Positions 40,003-49,591 of a stretch of DNA of 64,000 nucleotides are shown here, piece by piece. This DNA is from an uncultured Acidobacteriota bacterium (GTDB taxonomy: Bacteria; Acidobacteriota; Thermoanaerobaculia; Multivoradales; SZUA-115): contig CAWDVR010000001.1 in NCBI GenBank assembly GCA_963805975.1, positions 1,216,001 to 1,280,000 of the forward strand, read 5' to 3'. The first letter of the stretch is position 1. Every line of letters starts with the position of its first letter. A program made the position numbers and the translations under genes. Under the pieces are notes generated by a model. It saw nothing but the letters and a program-made list of their open reading frames with translations, ran no database searches and was not told the origin of the DNA.

Positions 40003-40171
40003 CGCGATATCTCCTGCGGCAGAAAGACGCGGCGAAGCCCGAAAGCGGCGGCAGGATAACACGCTGCAACGAGCCTCGGCCGGTGCTCGGCGCGTGGACA
40101 GATGCCGGCCCGCATGCTACCTTTCGCGCCGGCTCGGCGGCCATTCCGCGAGCCGGCTCGCGGGCTATCCC

Positions 40172-40921
40172 ATGCACATACCTGCCGTTCTTCCGTTCGC
40201 TCTCCTCGCCGCCGCGCAACCGCCGTCGGGCGCCGCGGGCTCGGGCCTGACGGAGTCGTTCGCGCGCTCCGGACCGATGGCGAAAGTGGTCCTCGCCATC
40301 CTAGTCGGCTTCTCGCTCGTCTCCTGGGCGATCATGATCTGGAAGGTGCTCCAGCTCCGCCAGGCCGAGCGCCAGAGCGCGCAGTTCCTCGACACCTTCC
40401 GCCACAGCAAGCGCTTCTCCGAGGTCAGCGCCATGGCGCCGCGCGTGCACTCCTCGCCGCTCTTCGGCATCTTCCAGGCCGGTTACGCCGAGATCGACAC
40501 CCAGATCAAGAGCCAGGAGCCGGCCGGTGCCAACGACCCCAAGCGCTACCGCATCCGCTCCCTGGCCTCGGTCGAGCGGAGCCTGCGCCGGGCGCTGGCG
40601 GCCGAGCTCGGAGACCTCGCCCGCGGCAGCCACTTCCTCGCCACCACCGCCGCCGCCACGCCGTTCATCGGCCTCTTCGGCACGGTGTGGGGCATCATGA
40701 GCTCCTTCCAGCAGATCGGTGCCACCGGCTCGACCTCGCTGGACGCCATCGCACCGGGCATCGCCGAGGCGCTGATCAACACCGCGGCCGGCCTGGGTGC
40801 GGCGATCCCGGCGCTCGTCGGTTACAACTTCCTCGCCCACCGCCTGCGGCGATTGCGGGCGGGAATGGAAGACTTCGTGAGCGAGTTCCTGAATCTGACG
40901 GAGAGGAATTTCACGGCATGA
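40172..40921 (+). CDS. tolQ: TolQ (MotA/TolQ/ExbB family)
   Basis: TPFIGLFGTVWGIM, APGIAEALINTAAGL; first gene of the tol-pal cluster. Confidence 0.9.
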   Translation: MHIPAVLPFALLAAAQPPSGAAGSGLTESFARSGPMAKVVLAILVGFSLVSWAIMIWKVLQLRQAERQSAQFLDTFRHSKRFSEVSAMAPRVHSSPLFGIFQAGYAEIDTQIKSQEPAGANDPKRYRIRSLASVERSLRRALAAELGDLARGSHFLATTAAATPFIGLFGTVWGIMSSFQQIGATGSTSLDAIAPGIAEALINTAAGLGAAIPALVGYNFLAHRLRRLRAGMEDFVSEFLNLTERNFTA

Positions 40922-40970
40922 GTGGCACGGCATGAGTGGCACGGCATGAGCGGCACGGCATGAGCGGCAC
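40912..40970 (+). repeat. 14-bp tandem repeat CACGGCATGAG(T/C)GG, four copies, at the tolQ-tolR junction
   Basis: Units start at 40912, 40926, 40940 and 40954. Confidence 0.95.
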
Positions 40971-40973
40971 CCG

Positions 40974-41405
40974 ATGATGAACCCGGGCGCCGATTCCGAA
41001 GACGAGGTCCTGGCCGACATCAACGTCACTCCCCTGGTGGACGTGATGCTGGTGCTGCTCATCATCTTCATGATCGCCGCGCCGATGCTGCACCAGGGCA
41101 TTCCCGTCGAGCTGCCCAAGGCGCAGGCGCAGCCACTGCCGCAAGACGTGAAAGACCCGCTCGTGCTCTCCGTCAACCGCGACGGCATCGTCTACCTCCG
41201 GGACACCCCGGTGCATCCCAGCCAGCTCGTCCAGCGCCTGCTGCCGCAGCTCCAGGCGCGCAGTGACAAGAGCGTTTTTTTAAAAGGCGACAAGGACGTG
41301 GCCTACGGCAAGGTGATCGAGGTGCTGGAGGTGCTGCGCCAGGGAGGGATCACCGACGTGGGCATGGTGACCGAACCGCTCCGACCTTCGGGCACCGCTC
41401 GCTAG
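40974..41405 (+). CDS. tolR: TolR/ExbD
   Basis: INVTPLVDVMLVLLIIFM; KGDKDVAYG. Confidence 0.92.
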   Translation: MMNPGADSEDEVLADINVTPLVDVMLVLLIIFMIAAPMLHQGIPVELPKAQAQPLPQDVKDPLVLSVNRDGIVYLRDTPVHPSQLVQRLLPQLQARSDKSVFLKGDKDVAYGKVIEVLEVLRQGGITDVGMVTEPLRPSGTAR

Positions 41406-41421
41406 CGTTCCGCAACGCGCC

Positions 41422-42207
41422 ATGGCCGACCTCGTGGACCAGGTCCTTGCCGAGCGCCGGCGGCGAACCTCGAGCCGCGGTTTTCTCGGGGGCCTGATCA
41501 CCGCCTCCCTGCTCCACCTGAGCGTGCTCCTGTCCGTCGTCCTGCTGCCCACCGGGGAGCGGCAAGTGCCCACGGAATACGTCAACGTGCGCGTGGTGCC
41601 GCTGGCCGCACTCGGTACCCCGAAGCCTCCGGTCCCGCGGCCCCAACCCCCCGAGCCTCAGCCCCCCGAGCCTCAACCCGAGGCTCCGACTCCACCGGCC
41701 CCCGAACCCGAGCCAGCCACGAAGCCCAGCCCCGCCGAGCCGGAGCCAGCCCCGCGGGCAACGGCTCCGGTGCTCCCGCAGGCGAAGCCGCAGAAACCGC
41801 AGTCGGAACCGAGGGTAGCGGCACCGGCTGACGAGCCGGCCACGGACGCGGCGCCGGTGCCACCCCAGCGCGCCGGCTCGGCGCAAGGAAGCGTTGCCGG
41901 CACCTCGGCCTTCGGCACCCTGGAAGGCATCGACCCGGATTTCACCTACGATTACTACCTGGACCGGATGCTGGCGCTGATCCACGCGCAGTGGCTACGG
42001 CCGCCGGCCGAGGGAGAGGTCAAGGCCGTGGTGCGGTTCGTGGTGAGCAGGAGCGGCGAGATCACGGACCTGGAGCTCGCCGAGCCCTCCGGCTTCAACG
42101 CCTTCGACCTCGCCGCCCTGCGCGCGGTGCAGAACGCGAGCCCCTTGCCCAGGCTGCCCGCGAGCTACCGTCGCGACTCACTGCAAGTGACCCTCATCGT
42201 CCGCTAG
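41422..42207 (+). CDS. TolA/TonB-like energy transducer
   Basis: TM helix with SxxLH, Pro-rich linker, C-terminal PSG...FDLAALRAV...P domain. Confidence 0.85.
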   Translation: MADLVDQVLAERRRRTSSRGFLGGLITASLLHLSVLLSVVLLPTGERQVPTEYVNVRVVPLAALGTPKPPVPRPQPPEPQPPEPQPEAPTPPAPEPEPATKPSPAEPEPAPRATAPVLPQAKPQKPQSEPRVAAPADEPATDAAPVPPQRAGSAQGSVAGTSAFGTLEGIDPDFTYDYYLDRMLALIHAQWLRPPAEGEVKAVVRFVVSRSGEITDLELAEPSGFNAFDLAALRAVQNASPLPRLPASYRRDSLQVTLIVR

Positions 42208-42226
42208 ACCTTCCCGAAAGGCCGAC

Positions 42227-43627
42227 ATGCGCTGCCACCGCTCTCCACGAACCGCCCTCTACGCCGCCGCCGGCTCGTGGCTCGCCGGCGTGGCGGCACT
42301 CACCGCGCTCGGCGGGCTGGCCTGGGCCTCGCCGGCGTTTGCCCAGGCTCCTCCGGCCACCACGGAACCACCGCCCGGCTCCGGCGTGGTGCTCGAGCTC
42401 TCCGGCGGCCAGGCGGCCTTGCTCAAGCTCGCCTTCCCGGACTTCGAGCGTCAAGAGAGCCTGGCCGGTGCCGCCCGAGATGCCGCGGCGGAGCTCGAGG
42501 CCACGCTCCGCGCCGACCTCGAGGAGACCCGGGTCTTCGAGATCCAGGGGCCACAGGCCCTCTCGGTGCTGACGCTCTCCGGCGACCGCGCCCGGGACTT
42601 CGAGCAGTATCGCTCCCTCGGCAACCAGCTCCTGCTCTCTGCCGCTCTGCTCCGCGAGGGCGACCGGCTGGTCTTCGAGGGCACGCTCTACAACCTGGAC
42701 GACGGCAAGTCGATCCTCGGCAAACGCTACCGCGGCGGCTTCGAGATGGCGCGCCAGATGGCGCACACCTTCGCCGACGAGATCCTGGCCTACCTGACCG
42801 GCCGCGCCGGCATCGCCCGCACCACCCTCGCCTTCTCTTCCGACCGCGACCAGCCGGGGCGCAAAGAGATCTACCTGATGGACTACGACGGCCACAACCA
42901 GCGGCGGCTGACCGCCCACCGCTCGACCTCGCTGTCGCCGGCCTGGGCGCTCGACGGCTCGGGGGTCGCCTATACCTCGTTCTTCAGCGGCACGCCGGGC
43001 ATCTACTTCGCGGAGGTCTCGAACGGCCGCAAGACCCCGATCACCAACCAGGGGCGCTTCAACGTCTCGCCCAGCCTCTCGCCGGACGGCAGGCGCGTGG
43101 TCTTCGCCCGCTCGCTGGACGGCAACGTGGAGATCTTCATCGCCAACCGGGACGGCAGCAACGCGCGCCAGCTCACCCATTCCTCCGCCATCGACACCAA
43201 CCCGAGCTGGAGCCCCAAGGGCAACGAGATCGCTTTCACCTCGAGCCGGGCCGGCAGCCCGCAGATCTACGCCATGGACCCGGAGGGGACCAGCGTGCGG
43301 CGCCTGTCTTTTGACGGCGAGTACAACGACAACGCGGCCTGGAGCCCGGACGGCACCAAGATCGCGTACTCCTCGCGTCGCAACGGCCGCTTCCAGATCG
43401 CCGTGAGCGACGTCGTGACGCTCGACACGAAGGTGCTGACCAACGGTCCCGGCAGCCAGGAGGACCCCAGCTTCTCGCCCGACGGCCGGCGCATCGCCTT
43501 CGCCAGCAAGCGCGGCGCAGGGAAGCAGATCTGGCTGATGGACGCCGAAACCGGTCAGAACCTCAAGCAGCTCACCACGGCCGGCAACAACGACTCTCCG
43601 GCCTGGTCGCCCTACCCCACGCCATGA
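42227..43627 (+). CDS. tolB: Tol-Pal beta-propeller protein TolB
   Basis: AHTFADEI, MDYDG, repeated PxWSPDG motifs. Confidence 0.93.
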   Translation: MRCHRSPRTALYAAAGSWLAGVAALTALGGLAWASPAFAQAPPATTEPPPGSGVVLELSGGQAALLKLAFPDFERQESLAGAARDAAAELEATLRADLEETRVFEIQGPQALSVLTLSGDRARDFEQYRSLGNQLLLSAALLREGDRLVFEGTLYNLDDGKSILGKRYRGGFEMARQMAHTFADEILAYLTGRAGIARTTLAFSSDRDQPGRKEIYLMDYDGHNQRRLTAHRSTSLSPAWALDGSGVAYTSFFSGTPGIYFAEVSNGRKTPITNQGRFNVSPSLSPDGRRVVFARSLDGNVEIFIANRDGSNARQLTHSSAIDTNPSWSPKGNEIAFTSSRAGSPQIYAMDPEGTSVRRLSFDGEYNDNAAWSPDGTKIAYSSRRNGRFQIAVSDVVTLDTKVLTNGPGSQEDPSFSPDGRRIAFASKRGAGKQIWLMDAETGQNLKQLTTAGNNDSPAWSPYPTP

Positions 43628-43751
43628 GCGGCGCAGTGAAGACCATTGATCCGATTGATTTCACGGGGTTTTTGCCCACCGGAGGGTTGCCGCCGTGGGC
43701 ACCCGTTTGCTAGAGTCTGCTCGGAGCAGCCGCAGCCGGCGGGCAATCCCC

Positions 43752-43785
43752 CTTGCAGTTTCGTGCCACTTGCAGTTTCGTGCCA
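43752..43785. repeat. 17-bp direct repeat CTTGCAGTTTCGTGCCA, two copies, upstream of pal
   Basis: Two exact adjacent copies. Confidence 0.9.
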
Positions 43786-43822
43786 CCGGGGCTTTTCGAC
43801 GTGATGGGAGGAGTGAGGGATC

Positions 43823-44404
43823 ATGAGCCGAAAGCAGATCGCGTTTGTCCTTCTACCTTTGGTTGCCGGCCTGGTTCTGGGTTGCCCCAAGAAGAAGCCC
43901 GAGCCACCCAAAGACGAGATCAAGATGGACACCACCCGGGTCGAGCCACCACCGACCCAGGAGATCCCCACCCCGCCGCCGTCCCCGCCGGCTGACGAGA
44001 CCGAGGTCGATCCCCTGGCCTCGGAGGATCTGCGCATCGTCAACGAGGAGGCGCGCCGGCAGGGCTTCACCGCCAATATCTACTTCGAGCTCGACAAAAG
44101 CGACCTGCTCGACGCCTCGCGCGACGCGCTGGCCCGCAATGCGGACTTCCTGAAGCGGCGGCCCGAGTTCGCTCTCACCATCGAAGGCCACTGCGACGAG
44201 CGCGGCACCAACGAGTACAACCTGGCGCTCGGCGAACGGCGTGCCAACGGCGTCAAGTCCTACCTCGCCTCCCTCGGGGTCTCGGCCGACCGGGTGGTGA
44301 CCATCAGCTATGGCGAGGAGCGGCCGGTGTGCACGGCGAGCGACGAGAGCTGCTGGTCGCAGAACCGCCGCGCCCACCTGCTGATCACTGGCCGGAAGCC
44401 GTGA
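43823..44404 (+). CDS. pal: Peptidoglycan-associated lipoprotein
   Basis: Lipobox VLG-C, IEGHCDERGTNEYNLALGERRA, SYGEERP. Confidence 0.97.
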   Translation: MSRKQIAFVLLPLVAGLVLGCPKKKPEPPKDEIKMDTTRVEPPPTQEIPTPPPSPPADETEVDPLASEDLRIVNEEARRQGFTANIYFELDKSDLLDASRDALARNADFLKRRPEFALTIEGHCDERGTNEYNLALGERRANGVKSYLASLGVSADRVVTISYGEERPVCTASDESCWSQNRRAHLLITGRKP

Positions 44405-45279
44405 CGCAAGGGCCGGAAGCCATGAGAGGGGGGCCGGAAGCCGTGGGAGGGATTGCGGTGAGCCGTTCGACTCCGTTCGCTCTCCTCACTCTGCTGGTGG
44501 CTGGAGGGCTGGCCTCCGGCTGCGTCTCGACGAAGGACATCGAGGCCATCCAGAGCCAGCTCGCGGACATTCAGCGCCAGGTCCTCCAGGTCCAGATGCA
44601 GGCGTCGAGCAAGACCGAGGTCGAAGGGCTGTCCTCCTCCATCTCGCGCCAGACCTCGACGCTCCTCAAGTCCGAGGCGGACATGCAGCTCAAGATGGAG
44701 CAGCTCTCCGCCCAGCTCGAGGAGCTCCAGGCCCGGCTCGAGGACACCAACAACCGGCTCTCCAATGTGTCGCAGCAGATCGCGACCACCAACCAGGAGC
44801 TGAAGGCCTTCCGCGAGCTGCCCCGCTTCCAGCCGCCGGTCGATCCGGCCGCTGGTGTCGTGGACCCGAATGCCCCCAGCCCTCCCCCGCCTACCCAGGC
44901 GACCGACCCGAAGGCGCTCTACGAGGCGGCTTACAGCGACTACGTGCGCGGCAGCTACGACCTGGCGATCCGGCAGTTCCAGGAGTACCTGCAGACCTTC
45001 CCGGAAACCGACCTCTCCGACAACGCCGCCTACTGGATTGGCGAGTGCTACTACCGCCAGCGCAAGTTCAAGCAGGCGATCTCGGCGTTCGACCGGGTGC
45101 TGGAGTCCTACTCGACCAGCGACAAGGTGCCGAGCGCCCTGCTCAAGAAGGGCTACTCCCACCTCGAGTTGGGAGAAAAGGCGCCCGGGCAAGCGCAGCT
45201 CCAGAAGGTGATCCGGGACTTCCCGAAGAGCGATGAAGCCAGTCTGGCGCGGCAGCGCCTGCGGGAGGCGGCGGGCTGA
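44401..45279 (+). CDS. cpoB: Tol-Pal protein CpoB/YbgF (lipoprotein, TPR)
   Basis: Lipobox ASG-C, coiled coil, NAAYWIGE, KVPSALLKKG; start could be 44401, 44422, 44443 or 44458. Confidence 0.9.
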   Translation: MTQGPEAMRGGPEAVGGIAVSRSTPFALLTLLVAGGLASGCVSTKDIEAIQSQLADIQRQVLQVQMQASSKTEVEGLSSSISRQTSTLLKSEADMQLKMEQLSAQLEELQARLEDTNNRLSNVSQQIATTNQELKAFRELPRFQPPVDPAAGVVDPNAPSPPPPTQATDPKALYEAAYSDYVRGSYDLAIRQFQEYLQTFPETDLSDNAAYWIGECYYRQRKFKQAISAFDRVLESYSTSDKVPSALLKKGYSHLELGEKAPGQAQLQKVIRDFPKSDEASLARQRLREAAG

Positions 45280-45294
45280 GAGCGCGGCTAGCGT

Positions 45295-45324
45295 TTGACA
45301 GCAAGGGCCGCAGGTTGCTATAAA
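45295..45324 (+). promoter_or_regulatory. sigma70 promoter for rpsT
   Basis: TTGACA-18 bp-TATAAA with an extended -10 TG. Confidence 0.7.
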
Positions 45325-45415
45325 CCGCTGCCTGGGCCGCACCTAGCGTGCGGCCTTTTCACGTCACACCAACAGAACAGAACGTAGACCAGGACAACAG
45401 AGCTGAATCCCCGCT

Positions 45416-45682
45416 ATGGCCAACAACAAATCCGCCGAGAAGCGTGATCGCCAGTCGCTGGTGCGCCGCGATCGCAACCGCACGGTCCGCAGCAACATGC
45501 GCACCGCGATCAAAAAGCTGCGCAGCGCCGTCTCCTCAGCCGACGCCAAGGTCGCCACCGAGCTGCTGCCGGGAACCCTGAGCGTGATCGACGTCACGGC
45601 GCGCAAGAAGGTGATCGCCCGCAACACGGCAGCCCGCTACAAGTCCCGCCTGACCAAGGCGGTGGCTGCGCTCGGCGGCTAG
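45416..45682 (+). CDS. rpsT: 30S ribosomal protein S20
   Basis: MANNKSAEKR...NTAARYKSRL. Confidence 0.97.
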   Translation: MANNKSAEKRDRQSLVRRDRNRTVRSNMRTAIKKLRSAVSSADAKVATELLPGTLSVIDVTARKKVIARNTAARYKSRLTKAVAALGG

Positions 45683-45684
45683 GG

Positions 45685-46233
45685 CTAGAACCCCTCCAGC
45701 AGGTCGCTCACCATCGTTTCGGCGAAGCTCTCGGCCACGTCCTCGATGGCCGCGTCCTCCTGGTCGAAATAGCCGGTCTCCGAGACCTCGACCTGGTAGT
45801 TCTCGCGGAACAAGTAGCGGTCGTTGCTCCACAGCACCGCGCCCTCCGGGCCGGTGCGCCGGAAGCTCATACGGGCGATGACCGCGATCTGGTACTCCGT
45901 GGCCCTACCCTCGGCGTCGAAGGTCACCGGCGTGACGGTGAAGCCGGTGACCGCGCCGGCCAGCACCGCGTCGGACTCCGCCTCGCTCTGCACCACCGCG
46001 AAGCGCTGTCGCGTCACCAGCTCGTCCGCGATGGCATTGGTCAGGGCCTGCTCGACCTGTGAGCGGGGAGTCTGGTTCTCGAGCGGCCGGATGAAGATCT
46101 CGCGCACGTCGGGCGGCAGGTTCGAGCCGCGGCCGACCAGGCTGTAGCCGCAGCCGACGGCGAGCATCGCCAGGGCCACGACCAGGAACCAGCCGAGCGC
46201 TCCCTGCGGCGCCTTCTGCTGTCTCTCTCTCAC
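45685..46233 (-). CDS. lptE: LptE family lipoprotein
   Basis: Lipobox AVG-CGY, PLENQT, ATEYQI. Confidence 0.8.
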   Translation of the reverse strand: MRERQQKAPQGALGWFLVVALAMLAVGCGYSLVGRGSNLPPDVREIFIRPLENQTPRSQVEQALTNAIADELVTRQRFAVVQSEAESDAVLAGAVTGFTVTPVTFDAEGRATEYQIAVIARMSFRRTGPEGAVLWSNDRYLFRENYQVEVSETGYFDQEDAAIEDVAESFAETMVSDLLEGF

Positions 46234-46697
46234 GATCCCACCTCCCGGCTCTTGAGCCTGGCGCCACGCAGCAAGCCGTCCAGCAGGCCGTTGATGAAGC
46301 GACCCGACTGCTCGGATCCGAACTTCTTTGCCAGCTCGATCGCCTCGTCCACCACCACCAGGTCGGGCGTCTCCTGCTCGTAGAGCATCTCGTACACCGC
46401 CAGGCGCAGAATGTTGCGGTCCACGGCCGGCATCCGCTCCAGCCGCCAGTTGTCGGCCTGGGAACGAATCAGCTCGTCGATCTCGTCGCGGTGGGCGAGC
46501 GTGCCGACGAGGAGCGCCCGCGCGTAGTCGAAGGCCTCCTCCACCGTCCGCCGCCGCTCGAGGTACTCCCCCGGCGCACCCGCCAGGTAGTCCGCGCGGT
46601 CGAAGCTCGCCACCACCTGCGGCGCCGTGCTCGACCCCAGCTCGCTCTGGTACAACATCTGGACGGCCATCTCCCGGGCCATGCGCCGCTTGCCCAT
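46230..46697 (-). CDS. nusB: Transcription antitermination factor NusB
   Basis: RRMAREMAVQMLY, VDRNILRLA, FINGLLD. Confidence 0.95.
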   Translation of the reverse strand: MGKRRMAREMAVQMLYQSELGSSTAPQVVASFDRADYLAGAPGEYLERRRTVEEAFDYARALLVGTLAHRDEIDELIRSQADNWRLERMPAVDRNILRLAVYEMLYEQETPDLVVVDEAIELAKKFGSEQSGRFINGLLDGLLRGARLKSREVGS

Positions 46698-46705
46698 GGC
46701 GGAGC

Positions 46706-47200
46706 TCAGGCCCCGCCCGCGTCCGGTTCCCGGAGCGAGGCGAAGACGTTGGCCATCTCGAGGGCTGCGAGCGCCGCCTCCCAGCCCTTGTTGCCGGCCT
46801 TGCCGCCGGAGCGCTCGGCCGCCTGCTCGCTCGAGTCGCAGGTCAGGACGCCGAAGGCCACCGGCAGCCGATGCCGCTCTGCGACGCGGGCACAGCCCTG
46901 AGTGCAGGCGGCGCAGAGGTAGTCGAAGTGCGGCGTCTCGCCGCGCACCACCACGCCGAGCGGGATGAGGCCGTCGCAGCCCCCTGCCGCGGCCAGCTCT
47001 TCGAGGGCCTGTGGGATCTCCCAGGCGCCGGGCACGCGCACCAGGTGGATGGCGCTGCGTTCCACGCCGTGCCGCACCAGCCCGTCGATCGCCCCTTCGA
47101 TCAGCGTCTCCACCAAGCGGCCGTTGAACCGCGAGGCCACGATGCCGAAACGAAGGCCTCGGCCATCGAGGCGTCCGGATGTCTGGCGGAGGTCGGTCAT
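46706..47200 (-). CDS. ribH: 6,7-dimethyl-8-ribityllumazine synthase
   Basis: VASRFN, VPGAWEIP, RGETPHFDY, GNKGWEAA. Confidence 0.97.
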   Translation of the reverse strand: MTDLRQTSGRLDGRGLRFGIVASRFNGRLVETLIEGAIDGLVRHGVERSAIHLVRVPGAWEIPQALEELAAAGGCDGLIPLGVVVRGETPHFDYLCAACTQGCARVAERHRLPVAFGVLTCDSSEQAAERSGGKAGNKGWEAALAALEMANVFASLREPDAGGA

Positions 47201-47252
47201 CGAGCGGTGTCGCGGGAAGGCAGGCGGATGCTAGAGGAGGACGGAGGAAAAT

Positions 47253-47329
47253 TGGTCGGGACGCCGGGATTTGAACCCGGGACCCCCTGAACCCCATTCA
47301 GGTACGCTACCAGACTGCGCCACGTCCCG
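47253..47329 (-). tRNA. tRNA-Pro(GGG)
   Basis: CGGGACG acceptor stem, CCTGA-ATGGGGT-TCAGG anticodon arm, GGTTCAAATCC, CCA end. Confidence 0.97.
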
Positions 47330-47350
47330 ACCGAAAGGGTGCTTGTCTTG

Positions 47351-47809
47351 TCAGTGCGAGTGCTCGGATCCGAGGAGCTCCAGGATTTCCCGGGCCTGCC
47401 GGAGTGCATCTCCAACGCCTTCGCGGAGCTTTTCTATCCGCTCCTCCGTGTGAGTGTCAAGGTGGCGGACGGCGGACGGGCGTGGCGGCGAGAACAGCGG
47501 CCCGCGGGCCGCCGTTGATTCCGCCTCGAGCTCGGCCACCCGGACCGCCGTCCCGCCGGAGGAAGTCTCGGCTTCCAACCGCTTCTTCGCGCCGGCGATG
47601 GTGAAACCCTCGTCGTAGAGCAGCTCCTTGATCCGCCGGATGATCCCCAGCTCGGCCTCACTGTAGACCCGCTGCCCCGACTTGCTCTTGTTGGGGGCGA
47701 GCAGCGGAAACTCGGTCTCCCAGTAGCGCAGCACGTAGGGCTGGATGTCGAGCAGCTTACAAGCCTCGCCGATCTTGTAGTAGAGGCGCTTCGGTGCGCT
47801 CACGGTCAC
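47351..47809 (-). CDS. MerR family transcriptional regulator
   Basis: YYKIGEAC...VLRYWETEF...GFTIAGAKKRL; conserved ihf-merR-tRNA-Pro context. Confidence 0.92.
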   Translation of the reverse strand: MTVSAPKRLYYKIGEACKLLDIQPYVLRYWETEFPLLAPNKSKSGQRVYSEAELGIIRRIKELLYDEGFTIAGAKKRLEAETSSGGTAVRVAELEAESTAARGPLFSPPRPSAVRHLDTHTEERIEKLREGVGDALRQAREILELLGSEHSH

Positions 47810-48135
47810 TGGCCGTCCCGGCCGCGATCCGCGAGCGAGCTACGCAGGCGGCGTGCGGGACGGAAGTTCAACCCCTTGTGGGGCTCGATGAAGATCCTTT
47901 CGCCGCTCGTCGGGTCCACTCCCACTCTCCCTGGCCGTGCGGTCACTTCGAAGCTGCCGAAGTTCTTGATTCGCACCGGCCGGCCATCTCCCAGCGTCGT
48001 CTTCACGGTGTTGAAGATCGCCTCGACGATCTCGCTCGCCTCGCCCTTCGTCAGCCCGCCATGCCGCTGGTAGACCGCATCGATGAGGTCCGCCTTGGTC
48101 AGGCCCGGTCGATCGGAGACATTGCCCTTGCCCAC
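47806..48135 (-). CDS. Integration host factor alpha / HU family protein
   Basis: LTKADLI, IKNFGSF, GVDPTSGE, FRPA. Confidence 0.9.
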   Translation of the reverse strand: MGKGNVSDRPGLTKADLIDAVYQRHGGLTKGEASEIVEAIFNTVKTTLGDGRPVRIKNFGSFEVTARPGRVGVDPTSGERIFIEPHKGLNFRPARRLRSSLADRGRDGQ

Positions 48136-48286
48136 GGGATCACCCTACCGTTGGATCGACTGCAATCCGTAGATCCCGCGCTCTCTCGAACCATCGGAGC
48201 AGACTCTCTTCGCCGTGGCGCGGAGCTGAAGAAGTGGGTGAAGTATAGGGAATCAACCCGGCATGGGCAAGAGATTCTGGGGCACT

Positions 48287-49591
48287 TCAGCGTTTGCGGA
48301 TCACCAGCCGGATGGGCACCCCCGGCAGCTCCAGCTCTTCCCGCAGCCGGTTCTCGAGGTAGCGCCGGTAGGGATCATGCCGCGGCAGGGTGCGGTTGGC
48401 GAACAGCATGAAGGTCGGGGGGGCGGTCGCTACCTGGGTGGCGTAGTACATCTTCCAGGGGCGTCCATGGTCGGCCGGCGGCCGGGCGCGGGTGACCGCT
48501 GCCTCGAAGAGCCGGTTGACCTCCGCCGTCCCGAGCTGGAGCTCGTGGGCCGCCAGAGCACGATCGAGAGCCGGGAAGAGCTTCTCGACGCCGCGCCCGG
48601 AGAGCGCCGAGACGTTGACCCGCTCCGGATCGGCCAGGAGCTGGGCCAGGCGCTCCCAGGATCTTTCGAGCTCCTCCCGCTTGTCGGTGGTCAGGAGGTC
48701 CCATTTGTTGATCACCACCACGGCGGCCCTGCCGAGCTCCCAGATGGAGCCCGCGATCGCCAGGTCACCCGAGGTCACGCCGTCGACGGCGTCGATCACC
48801 AGCGCCCCCACCCGGGCGCGCTCGATCTGGCGCCGGGCGAGCATCACGGCGATCCCCTCCGCCTCGCCCGAGACCTGGCTCCGCCGCCGGATCCCCGCGG
48901 TGTCGATCAGCAGGTACTCCTTGCCGCTCCGAGACAGCAGTGTGTCCACCGGGTCTCGCGTGGTGCCCGCCTGGGCGGAGACCAGCACCCGCTCGGTGCC
49001 CAGCAGCCGGTTGAGGAGCGAAGACTTGCCCACGTTCGGCCGGCCCACGATGGCGACCGCCGGCACCGCCGAGGTGGGTTCCGGGGCTTCGGGCTGGACG
49101 GGGAGGGCGAGCGCCAGGGCCTGACGCAGCTCCTCGATGCCACGGCCGTGCTCGGCCGAGACCACCAGCAGCGGCTCGATCCCCAGGGCATAGAACTCCC
49201 CCGCCTGCTCGCGCGCCTCGCGGACGTCGGCCTTGTTGACCACCAGGAACGCGGGCTTGCCGCTCCGGCGCGCACGCTCGCAGACCTCGTGGTCCGCGGG
49301 GGTCAGCCCGGCCTTGCCGTCCACCACTACCAGCAGCAGGTCGCTCTCCTCGATCGCCAGCATCACCTGCTGGTTGAGGCCGAGCACGTCCTCGACGGCG
49401 AGCAGGCCCCCGGTGTCGATCACCTCCACCCGGCGCTCGCCGTCGAGCGTCGCCTCACCCGTGATCCGGTCGCGGGTCACGCCCGGCTGGTCGTGGACGA
49501 TCGACTGCCGCCTGCGCACCAGGCGGTTGAACAGGGTCGACTTGCCGACGTTCGGGCGGCCGACGATGGCGATACGCGGCGTGACGCTCAT
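48287..49591 (-). CDS. der: Ribosome biogenesis GTPase Der
   Basis: Two GRPNVGKS G-domains, GVTRD and GTTRD. Confidence 0.97.
   Translation of the reverse strand: MSVTPRIAIVGRPNVGKSTLFNRLVRRRQSIVHDQPGVTRDRITGEATLDGERRVEVIDTGGLLAVEDVLGLNQQVMLAIEESDLLLVVVDGKAGLTPADHEVCERARRSGKPAFLVVNKADVREAREQAGEFYALGIEPLLVVSAEHGRGIEELRQALALALPVQPEAPEPTSAVPAVAIVGRPNVGKSSLLNRLLGTERVLVSAQAGTTRDPVDTLLSRSGKEYLLIDTAGIRRRSQVSGEAEGIAVMLARRQIERARVGALVIDAVDGVTSGDLAIAGSIWELGRAAVVVINKWDLLTTDKREELERSWERLAQLLADPERVNVSALSGRGVEKLFPALDRALAAHELQLGTAEVNRLFEAAVTRARPPADHGRPWKMYYATQVATAPPTFMLFANRTLPRHDPYRRYLENRLREELELPGVPIRLVIRKR

Noticed and set aside
40912-40970. Possible CRISPR array
   Set aside because: Contiguous 14-bp units with no spacers and no cas genes
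41620-41880. Pro-rich repeats in the TolA/TonB-like gene
   Set aside because: Ordinary periplasm-spanning linker for this family
43752-43786. sigma-54 promoter (TGGCACGAAACTGC on the - strand)
   Set aside because: GG-to-GC spacing is 9 nt rather than the required 10, and it points away from pal
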